This document shows positions 13,383 to 24,132 of a stretch of DNA of 64,000 nucleotides, in pieces (the first letter of the stretch is position 1; each line of letters begins with the position of its first letter). The notes under the pieces were generated by a model. It ran no database searches. It was not told the DNA's origin and saw only the letters and a list, made by a program, of their open reading frames with translations. Source of the DNA: Torpedo marmorata (lineage: Eukaryota). The position numbers were made by a program, and so were the translations under genes. Location: the NCBI GenBank assembly GCA_977017645.1, contig OZ360245.1, positions 3,844,001 to 3,908,000 of the forward strand, written 5' to 3'.

Positions 13383-13583
13383 TTTTGAACATCAGCACCT
13401 CTGCCCAGCTGACCTTTGCCATGAGGCCCAGCTTCCAGCCACCAGACCGTACTGACCCCACCGCCAGCATGGTATACTTCCCGTACCTGGATGGGACGTA
13501 CCTGGCAGTGGCAGCTACTCTCAACGGTGGCGATGTGCTCGCCTCCTTCGTCAGCATGCTGCAGCAGTGGATGCAGGAGTTCG
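13383..13583 (+). CDS. SHPK: Sedoheptulokinase exon 6
   Basis: ctccag|...|gtaagt, 201 bp, encodes VLNISTSAQLTF...YFPY...LAVAATLNGGDVLASFV. Confidence 0.95.
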
Positions 13584-13859
13584 GTAAGTGGTGGGAAGCC
13601 GCTCCACACGTCCTAGGGCACAAGGGAACTGAACCTGATGGGCATCGTAAATGTCTTTCCCTTCATCACCATTCTTTCCCATCTCCCCTCTGTGTCTCTG
13701 CTCCCATCTGTCATCCCCATCCCACCCTCCTCCCACTTCCCTCCCTTTTCTCCCTCCATCTCTGACCGACTCTTCCCCCTCATCATCCCACTTCCCCCAT
13801 CCAAACTCCTCCGTCTCAGCTCCCCCCGTCCCAGCTTCCCCCCCCATCCAAACCCCTCC

Positions 13860-14225
13860 GTCCCGGCGCCCTCCCTCCCGGCGCCCCCCCCTCCCAGCGC
13901 CCCCCCCCTCCCAGTGCCCCCCCCTCCCAGCGCCCCCCCCTTCCCAGCGCCCCCCCCTTCCCAGCGCCCCCCCCTTCCCAGCGCCCCCCCCTTCCCAGCG
14001 CCCCCCCCTTCCCAGCGCCCCCCCGTCCCAGCGCCCCCCCTCCCAGCGCGCCCCCCCCTCCCAGCGCGCCCCCCCCTCCCAGCGCCCCCCCCTCCCAGCG
14101 CCCCCCCCTCCCAGCGCCCCCCCCTCCCAGCGCCCCCCCTCCCAGCGCCCCCCCCTCCCAGCGCCCCCCCTCCCAGCGCCCCCCCCCCCGTCCCAGCGCC
14201 CCCCCCCCCCTGTCCCAGCTCCCCC
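13860..14225. repeat. C-rich ~16-bp minisatellite (cccccc(t)tcccagcg) in SHPK last intron
   Basis: Tandem repetition visible. Confidence 0.95.
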
Positions 14226-14322
14226 TGAATACACCCGCCCCCCATGGTTACTGCCCCTCGGTGATGTTCGGGGGATCAGTCAGCAGCAAGGGTTAACGGT
14301 TTGCTTTCCTTGCCTCCCGCAG

Positions 14323-14717
14323 GGCTGGACGTCCCTGAGTGTACCATCTACTCCCACACGACCAGCTCCGCCCTGCATCCCGCCCACACCGACCTTGCCG
14401 TGCGGCCCACCATATTTGGAGAGCGGCACTCACCTGGCCTGCTGGGTTCTGTCACCAACATCTCCCCGTCCAACATCTCGCTGGGCCACGTAACCCGAGC
14501 CCTGTGCCGGGGCATTGTGGACAACCTGCATGCCATGCTGCCCAGCCAGAGGCTGGCTGAGGCGGGGGTGCGGAGGATAGTGGGCAGTGGCAGTGCACTG
14601 ACCAGGAACCTGGTCCTGAAGCAGGAGGTGGAGAGGGTCTTCCCCCTTCCTGTGGTCTACAGGGAGGCTGCAGATTCTGCGCTCGGTGTTGCCATGGTGA
14701 TGCGCGACCGGATGTAG
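14323..14717 (+). CDS. SHPK: Sedoheptulokinase last coding exon (to TAG)
   Basis: cccgcag| acceptor; encodes PTIFGERH...SLGHVTRALCRGIVDNL...IVGSGSALTRN...DSALGVA then stop; reading frame continuous across all six exons. Confidence 0.95.
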
Positions 14718-15775
14718 GGAGGGAGGCCCGAGTGCAGACGCGGGTAGGTGAATCAGTGTCCATTGGGAACGTGTGATACTGACTGGAATGAAGGGGAGGT
14801 TGCGATGGCGTGACGAGTCCTCTGATCAGTAGCAGATCCTGCATGGTGGACCCCAGTGCAATGGCAGAGATCCGTACCAACCCAGCCCATCTATCCTCTC
14901 CTTTTGACGCCCTGGTTTCCATGGTGACGGCATCCCAGTGATGTGCATCGCAAGTTCTTGCATGGCATTTTTCTGTTTCACCTTAACTCCTGGAAGGTGG
15001 CCAATACACAGAAGAGCGGTTAGTGCAACACTTACAGTGCCAGTGATCAGGGTTCGAATCCCGCGCTGTTTGTACGTTCTCCCCGTGTCTGCATGGGATT
15101 TCCCCTGGGGCTCCGGTTTCCTCCCACCCTTCAAAACGTACCAGGGGTTGTTGGTCAATTGGGTGTAATTGGGCGGCACGGGCTCGTGGGCTGAAAGGGC
15201 CTGTTACCGTGCTGCATATCTAAATCTTAAAAATGTAAAACTCAGCAGGTCTCGCAGCTTCCAGAGGAGGCAAGGATGTTTTACCAACATTTCGGGCCTG
15301 AGCCCTTCGTCAAGGTACGGTGGCCTATCTATTGCCTGTGAGAAAGGTGGTGATAATTTGCTGTCTTGAGCTGCTGCAAGTCCTTGTGCTGGGGAGGGAG
15401 TTACAGGGCTTTGACCCAGTGATGGGAAAGGTGATGATAACTACTGAATTCCACAAGGAGGAAGAAGCGGTCATGCAAACCCAGCCCGTCCTGCGCTGGG
15501 GGAGGTACAAAGTAAGTGAAAGGCAGCACAAGCATACGTGTAGTCCTCCATCGAGCATTCATTCATTTTGCACAGCGACGTTTATTTCCAGGGTTCTGAA
15601 GTTCTCTCCCCTTCACAATCACGAAGTGCAGGAAACGCACTTTACCAAGGCCAGTTGCCTGTCTGCCCTTTGGAAGCAGAGAATTCCGGCTGATCTCTCC
15701 TATTTCGGACTACCCCGTTATCGCTCCTCCTTCATTCCACAGTCCAGTCTGAATCCTGAAGGGAAGAGCATGTTA

Positions 15776-16382
15776 CACTGGACAACGAAGATTTTGCTTC
15801 CTGAATACTTTTGGGTGTATTTTGTGGATTTTGGGCTGCTGATCATGAAAATCTCCTCAAAATTTTCTGTCACGTACCGTTTTTTAGATATAACCTATTT
15901 TTGTGATTTCCTGTCATATTTTAAGTCTACTACAAGCATTCAAAACCAGGAGGTGCAACATGTCATTGAAAATCCATTTTCTACATTCGCACTTGGACTT
16001 CTTCCCTGCTGATCTTGGTGCAGTCAGTGACGAACATGGTGAAAGGTTTCACCAGGACATTGCGACCATGGAAAAGCGGTATCAGGGCAACTGGAATCCA
16101 TCAATGCTGGCCGACTATTGTTGGACACTGACACGAGAGGCATCAGATGTTGATACAAATGAAAATCAGTGGCAAAACATTTTTAGGTCAGTTGAACTAA
16201 CGCAATGTGTCAGCATCATTATGCGATTAAACATGCTAAATTCAATAAAAGTTAATGTTTCTCCAACTACCTACGTGATACAGCAAATCTGAAATTATCT
16301 TTGTGTTCAGCTTGAATTTGTCTATCAAATCCTCAATTTTTTTTCAGGAAGCAAACCGTTTGAAAAGAATTGTTGTCCAGTG
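15776..16382 (+). mobile_element. Chapaev3-type (CMC) DNA transposon, internally deleted
   Basis: TIR CACTGGACAAC/GTTGTCCAGTG, 3-bp TSD TTA both sides, transposase C-terminal remnant MSLKIHFLHSHLDFFP.DLGAVSDEHGERFHQDI. Confidence 0.8.
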
Positions 16383-16483
16383 TTACCTGTTAATTCAGGT
16401 CTTTGTATCTTGAGCTGTGTACAGGGACCATAGGAATAACCTCATTGTTTAATTGTCTGTGTAAAGGAAAACTTTAATTAGAA

Positions 16484-16508
16484 AATAAATAATCAACCTA
16501 CAAATAAA
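16484..16508 (+). terminator. Candidate SHPK polyadenylation signals (two AATAAA)
   Basis: AATAAA at 16484 and 16503 in non-repetitive AT-rich sequence followed by a GT/T-rich tract. Confidence 0.4.
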
Positions 16509-17877
16509 ATGTGCCAGAAAATGTATGGTTGTCAAACTTGTTTTAACGCAGCTCAGGCTTTTGTGAAAACTGCTCTCCCCTCCGTCGACACCCCTCACTG
16601 TCTCGGGAGAGCTGCTGCAACATTAGAGGAGTGAAGCACGAAAGTCTGCAGATGCTGTGATTGTAGTGAAAACATGGAAATGCTGGAGGAACTCAGCAGG
16701 TATCGCAGCGTCCGTAGGAGGTAAAGATTTATAACCAACGTTTTGAGCCGGAGAGGGTTCATCCCACCCTGGTCACACTCCCTTCTCCCCCCTTCCGTCA
16801 GGCAGAAGGTACGTGTGCTTGAGAATGTGAACTCCAGATGCAAGGACAGGTTCTTCCCTAATGTTATCAGACTCTTGGACCGTCTCACGTGGCCAACAGA
16901 TGATGCCTTTTCACTGTCTTTTATAACAATACTTTTCTCTTTCCCCTGCACAATGTTTTTTGTGCTTTCTCCATACCCTGCACTATTCACCCCTGTTGCA
17001 CGACTCCCTTACACTATTAGGCCATTTATGTGTTGCTGTTGTACTGCCTGCTGTATGAGTTAGATTACCTGGATAGCACTCAAAATGAAGCTGCTTGCTG
17101 CATTTCAGAGCACATGACAATAAAACAATTCACTTACTGAAATTTAAAAACAATTAGCAGGGAGGCAGATAGCACATGTAATGGGATTAAAGGAATGCAT
17201 GCACAAGGTGAGGTGTGTCCTTCATTGCAGGATGCGTGCGTGTTCACTACTTTGTATCCCCTGTGCCGTGGGTTTTGCAGAGTGCCAATTCTCTGCTGGT
17301 ATCCACAAGACCATAAGATATAGGAGCAGAAATAGGCCATTTGGCCCATCGAGTCTGCCCTGCCATTCCATCATAAGCTGATCCATTCTCCCACTCAGCC
17401 CCAATCCCCTGCCTTCTCCCCATAACCTTTGAAACCCTGAATATTCAGATACCTATCAATCTCTGCCTTAAATACACCCAATGACCTGGCCTCCACAGCC
17501 GCCTGTGGCAGCAAATTCCAGAGGTTCACCGCTCTGGCTAAAGAAATTCCTCTGCATCCCTGTTTTAAATGGGCACCCTTCAATCCTGAAGTTGTTCCCG
17601 CTTCACAACCATGGGAAACAACTTTGCCACGTCTACTCTGTCCAGCCCTTGCAACATTCAAACTGCTTGTCACCCATGCCCTCACTGTACCAGCCCCACG
17701 AGGCCCGTCTTGGTGGCCGAAGTGGTCCTTAAAGCCATCGAGGCTCCGAGCAGCGACAGGATGATGTAATTGGATCACGTGACTGGGCCTGAACAGTCAT
17801 GCCCAAGACACTCCTCTGAAAACCTTTTGACAGACGGCACTGATTTTGTCATCTGTCGAAGCTCTCAAGGTTTTTCT

Positions 17878-20463
17878 TTCTTTTTAATTTTATTTATTGA
17901 TTTTTAAAACAAATAAGGCCAAACAATACAGAGGCAATCAGTGCAAGAGTATACAATAAGTACAATACAGGGATAATAATAAAGAAAATTATAATGACAA
18001 ATGTCATTGAGTCCCCTCTCAGAAGTAATAATACAAAGAAAGAGCAATCAAGGAATGGCCACATAAAACTGACATACCCCCAAAACATAAAGGCAAGGGA
18101 AAAAGAAAGGAAAAGAAAAAAAAAAAAGAATCTAAACTACAACTAACTAACAGAAAAGGGGGAAAATCTAAACCCTAATCCATGCGCGTCTGAGACTGGC
18201 TAAGATAAAGAAAAAAGAGAGAAAGAATGTTATAAAGCCCGTATTACAATGTCGGAAAGTGGCTCATAAACGAACCCCATATCCTCTGAAAATTGAGATT
18301 CTTATCAAGATTAGAACAAGGAAATTTTTCCAACATCAAGCATGACAACACACAGTTGAGCCAGTGGCGATGTGAAGGGGGATCAACGTCTTTCCAGTGT
18401 AAAAGAATATTTTTCCCAGCAATGAGTGACGTAAATGCTATCACATGCAATTGTGACTTCGTAAGTTTAGAGTCATTCACTTTATGAATCCCGAATAAAC
18501 CCATAAAAGGGTTAGGAGTTAAATTTACATCGAGAACACTGGACCATGTCTGAAAAATACTAGACCAGTAATTATATAATGAAGGACATGTCCAAAACAT
18601 GGTATAAGGTGCCTTCCTCGATTTTACATCTATCACGAAGGGGGAAAGATTTGGGTAAAACTTAGCTAATCGAGGCTTAGAATAATGAGCTCAATTAACA
18701 ACTTTAAGCTGGATAAATGAATGGTGAGCACATAAAGAAGAAGAATTAATAGCTAGGAGCACCCGCTCCCATACGGGAACAAAAATCTCCTTGAAAATCT
18801 AGTTCCCACTGCTGTTTAACGTTTAATAATATATCCTCCCTGTAACGAGAACGAGTCAATAACAAAAAAGAGATCGGGGTTTCTTAGTATCAGGCTTGAC
18901 CTCGTAAATCTCTCTGATAATTTCCAAATTTAATGCTTGAGGGAGGCGCAATCTAAGGGAAATGAAGAAGTTCCTGACTTGAAGATAACGGAAAAAATGT
19001 TATTTAGAATTGACTCTGAAAGAGGCTAAGGTGGCGGGTAAGATGCCTATCTCCTTTTATGAAGCTTCTATTTCTTTAATACTTAAGAAAAATAAAGATC
19101 CTGCTAACTGTGCTTCCTATCGCCCCATCTCTCTTATTAATGTGGATACAAAAATTTTGTCTAAAATTCTTACAGATTAGAAGAGGTGATTTCTAATATA
19201 ATTTCTGATGATCAGACTGGTTTTGTTAAAGGACGCTATTTACTATTTAATATTCGAAGGACCTTAAACATCATTTATTCTACTAGCACGTCTCCAAAAG
19301 AATGTATTATCTCATTAGACGCTGAGAAGGCATTTGATAGGGTGGAGTGGGCTTATTTATTTGCTGTATTAAAGAAATTTAATTTTGGTCCGCAGTTTAT
19401 AAATTGGATTAAATTAATGTATTCATCTCCCACAGCTTCTGTGGTCACGAATTTTAAGAAGTCTTCCCCCTTTAGACTATATCGTGGTACTCGGCAAGGC
19501 TGCCCTCTTAGCCCGTTATTGTTTGACCTAGCTCTTGAACCTTTAGCGACTGCCTTTCGACAATCTGATGAGATTACAGATATAATTAGAGGTGATTTTC
19601 TGCATAAAGTGAAACTTTATGCAGATGATTTTTTATTATATATTTCTAACCCTGAACGTTCTATTCCAGTGGTATTGTTGCTTAAAAAATTTAGTAAATT
19701 TTCCGGTTATAAACTCAATTTGACTAAAAGTGAGATCTTTGTCCTTAAACCCCCTTATACCTTAGATTTTGATATACCGTTTAAGGTTGTTACAAATTTC
19801 TTTACATACTTGGGAGTGAATTCACTTTAATAACCACAATTTAAAAATTACTTGCTCAATGGTCTCCCCTTTCCACTTCTTTTGTGGAAGGGTAAACTTG
19901 GTTAAATGAGTGTTTTGCCTAAATTATTATATGTATTTCAGGTGCTTCCCATTTTCTTACCTAAATCTTATTTTGATAAACTAGATTCAATGATATCTTC
20001 TTATATTTGGAATAATAAAGTGGCCCGAGTCAGGAAGATCTTTTTACAAAAATCCAAGAAGGAGGGTGGTCTTGGCCTCCCAAACTTTAGGTTGTATTAC
20101 TGGGCCGCTAATATTAGATATGTTAAATTTTGGGTTCTTGCGGTGGGAGACAGACTGGTTAGTCCATGGCTGGAATTTGAATTAAACTCTATTAAAAAAA
20201 ACAAAAAAAACATTCACTTATATCGGTCTTGGGCGCCACTCTGCCTTTCTCCGTTTCTAAATTTGTGACTAATTCGGTTGTTAAACATACTTTACAAATT
20301 TGGTTTCAATTTAGGAAGTCTGTAGGTGCGCATGGTTTTCTATTGAATAGTCCCATTTTGTGCAATTCTTTTTTTCTCTCATCAACAATGGATGGCGGTT
20401 TCCGCAGCTGGTCAACACTTGGGATTAGGACTTTCCTGGATTTATATGTGGATGGTAATCTAT
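17878..20463 (-). mobile_element. L1-clade LINE, 5'-truncated with inverted 5' segment
   Basis: A-rich tail at 17878 end; minus-strand ORF2 C-terminus (HFFRYLQVRNF...MFWTCP); plus-strand RT (YRPISL, SLDAEKAFD, GTRQGCPLSP, YADD); 16-bp TSD CTCTCAAGGTTTTTCT. Confidence 0.9.
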
Positions 20464-21196
20464 CTCTCAAGGTTTTTCTGATATTCAGAAACATTTAAGG
20501 ACAATGCAAGCAATTAAAACACTTTATTGTAAATTAAAATAGGATTTGCAGCCAAAAGTATCAAGTGGATGATCTATCTCAACTCCTTCCTGTCCATTTT
20601 TAACAACAATTGCCTAAAAACATGAAGTCGAACCCAAGTGCCCCTTGTGTCTTTTTAGTGACCATCATGGGAATGGATTTGCAGCCCCGGGAAGGCTCAT
20701 GGCTTCAGATCAAACCCATGCCTTGTTATCAGCCTCCATCCTCCCTTAGCTGATGAATGTCTTGGCACAAACCTCGTGGGCTGAAGGTCCTGTGTTCTGC
20801 TGTTCTGTTCTAGAGCTCCTCTGTGTAGAACAATGGAAGCGTTGGCACCAAATGTCCTGAGTGGGTAGTTTCAGTGTTCGTCACTAAGAATGGCCAGTGA
20901 CAGTACCGCACCCTGGAATGGTCAAGTGTACAGATGCAGTAAACCCCCTGCTTTAAATTCAACCCCTCCAGCAATGAAGGCCAACATTCTATTTGCCTTA
21001 TTGATAGCCTGCTGCACCTGCAAACCAACCTTTTGCGATTCATGCACAAGCACTCCCAAGTCCTTCTGCACAGCAGCATGCAGCAATCTTTCACCATTTA
21101 AATAATAATCCGATCTTCTATTTTTTTTCCTTCCAAAGTGGGTGACCTGTATTTACCAACCTTGTACGCCATCTGCCAAACCCTTGCCCACTCACT

Positions 21197-24132
21197 TCAG
21201 AATCAGAATTTATTGTCATGAATAAGTCATGAAATTTGGTGTTTTGCAGCAGCATCATAGTGCAATTAACATTCATATAACCATCTTACGACATTACTAT
21301 AAAAAAATATATATATATAAATAATAGTGCATGAAAAGTAAGGCAGTGTCTTTGGTTCATTGATTATTTAGGAATCTGATGGCAGCGGGGAAGAAGCTGT
21401 CCTTATGCCGTTGAGTGCTCGTCTTTAGGCTCCTGTACCTTTTTCCCGATGGTAGCTGAGTGAAGATGGCATGGCCTGGGTGGTGGGGGTCTTTGAGGAT
21501 ACAGGCTGCTTTTTTAAGACACCGCCTCGTGTAGATGTCCTCGATGGAGTGAAGTTTGGTGCCTGTGATGTCGCAGGCCGAGTTAACAACCCTCTGGAGT
21601 TTATTCTTGTCCTGAGAGTTGGCGCCTCCATACCAGGCAGTGATGCAACCAGCCAGAATGCTCTCCACGGTATACCTGTAGAAGTTTATGAGAGTCTTCG
21701 GTGACATACCGAGTCTCCTCAGACACCTCACAAAGTATAGCCTCTGGCGAGCCTTCTTTGTGATTGCATTAACGTGGATGCTCCAGGACAGATCCTCGGA
21801 GATGTTGACACCCAGGAATTTGAAGTTCTTGACCCTCTCCACTACTGAGCCCTCGATGAGGACTGGGTCGTGTTCCCCTGACTTCCTCCTGAAGTCCACA
21901 ATCATCTCCTTGGTTTTGCTGACGTTGAGCGCAAGGTTGTTGTCGTTACACCATTCAACGAGCTGATCTATCTCCCTCCTGTACGCTTCCTCATTGCCGT
22001 TTGTGATTCTGCCGACAACTGTGGTGTCATCGGCAAACTTGTAGATGGCATTGGAATTGTGCCTGGCCACACAGTCATGGGTGTATAACGAGTAGAGCAG
22101 TGGACTAAGCATGCATCCTTGGGATGCGCCTGTGTTGATAATCAGTGAGGAGGAGACGTTGTTTCCAATTCGTACTGACTGTGGTCTTCCGATGAGAAAG
22201 TCAAGGATCCAGTTGCAGAGGGGGGTACAGAGGCCAAGAGTTTGTAGCTTCTCGACCAGCACTGAGGGAATAATGGTATTGAAGGCCGAGCTGTAGTCGA
22301 TGAAGAGCAACCGTATGTATGAATTGCTGTTTTCGAGGTGATCCAGAGCTGAGTGGAGAGCCAGCGATATTGCATCTACTGTGGAGCGATTGTGGCGATA
22401 GGCGAATTGCAGTGGGTCCAGATCTTTGCTTAGGTATGTGTTAATTCTGGCCATGACCAGCCTCTCAAAGCATTTCATCACAGTAGAAGTTAGTGCTACT
22501 GGGCGGTAGTCGTTGAGGCAGCTCACACTACTCTTCTTGGGTACTGGGATGATTGATGCCCTTTTGAAGCAGGTGGGAACCTCTGACTGCCGCAATGAGA
22601 GGTTGAAAATGTCCGTGAACACTCCGGCTAGTTGGTTGGCGCAGATTTTCAATACCCTGCCAGGTACGCCGTCAGGGCCTGACGCCTTGCGAGGGTTCAC
22701 CTTCTTGAATGATGTTCTGACGTCACCCTCAGAGACAGATATCACAGGGTCCTCAGCCTTTTCAGGGATTCTATTAGGCACTGTTTTGTTCTTCTTCTCA
22801 AAGCGGGCATAGAAGGTGTTCAGCTCATCGGGTAGTGAAGCATCACAGCCGTCTATAGTGTTCGTCCTCGCTTTGTAGGCTGTAATGGCCTGCACTCCCT
22901 GCCATAGCTGGCGTGTATCTGTCTCTAGCTTCCTTCGGAATTGCCACTTTCCTTCAGAGATGGCCTTCCGCAGGTCGTGCCTGGACTTTTTGTAAAGATC
23001 CCGGTCCCCGGCCTTAAACGCCCTTGTTCTCGTCCTCAGCAGGTTGCGAATTCTTTGATTCATCCAGGGCTTCTGGTTGGGGAACACCCGGTATTTGCGC
23101 GTGGGCACACAATCATCCACGCAGGTCTTGATGAAGTCGGTGACACCTGTTGCATATTCATTTAGGTCTATGGCTGAGTGCTTGAATATGTTCCAGTCCA
23201 CCGATTCAAAGCAGTCCTGCAGACGCTCCTCCGCCTCCCTTGACCACACTTTCGCCGTCCTCTCCACTGATGCTGTGGTCTTCAGTCTCTGCTTGTACGC
23301 CGGGAGTAGAAGTACAGCCAGGTGATCAGACTTGCCGAAGTGCGGTCGTGGTATGGCTCGGTATGCGTTCTTCACGGTGGTGTAGCAGTGGTCGAGTGTG
23401 TTGGTTCCCCATGTCTCGCAAGTGATGTGTTGGTGGTAGTTTGTCAGTGACTTCTTCAGATTGGCCTGATTGAAGTCTCCCACAATGATCGGGAAGGCAT
23501 CAGGATGTGCTGTCTCATGGCTGTTTATCACAGTGCTCAGTCCCTCCAGTGCCAGCCTGACGTTAGCCTGGGGCGGAATGTACACTGAGACCAGGATGAT
23601 GGCGGTGAACTCCCTCGGCAGATAGAATGGGCGACACTTGATTGCCAGATGTTCCAGGTCGGGGGAGCAGGACTGGGACATGACCATCACGTCTGTGCAC
23701 CACGATGAATTGATGATGACACACACGCCGCCTCCCCTGGTTTTTCCAGACGTCGGTGTTCGGTCAGTGCGATGGAGGGTGTAGCCCTTGAGCTGCAGCG
23801 CCGTGTCCGGAATGTCCTTGTTTAGCCATGTTTCTGTAAAGCACATCACGCAGCACTCCCTGATGACTCTCTGATGTTGAAGTCTGGCTTGGAGTTCATC
23901 AAATTTGTTCTCCAAGGATTGTACGTTGGCCAGGAGGATGGTAGGGAGAGGAAGCTTCAGGTCCCCGCGTCTCAGCTTGACTTGTAGCCCCCCTCTGCAT
24001 CCACGTGGTTGGGACTTCTTTACCTGGCCCGTGGGTCTACTGCCGGTAGGTCCCGCGGTGTTTAAATGGCCCGTGTGCTGTCCCTTTAAATCCTGCGCGA
24101 TTTGTAAGTCCACTGATACAGGAGTATCAGTG
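21197..24132 (-). mobile_element. Rex1/Babar non-LTR retrotransposon with uninterrupted APE endonuclease + RT ORF (21357-~24132)
   Basis: LANVQSL, FTETWL, GDFN, LDHCY, SDH (APE); YRPVAL, FIDYSSAFNTI, QGC.LSP, FADD (RT); tail AATAAATTCTGATTCTGA. Confidence 0.95.

Noticed and set aside
13551-14493. Gly- or Pro-rich collagen/extensin-like ORFs
   Set aside because: Derived from the 16-bp C-rich repeat; the real coding frame is the SHPK last exon
15320-16012. 230-aa plus-strand ORF downstream of SHPK
   Set aside because: Non-ATG start, no recognisable domain, runs from probable 3' UTR into a transposon end
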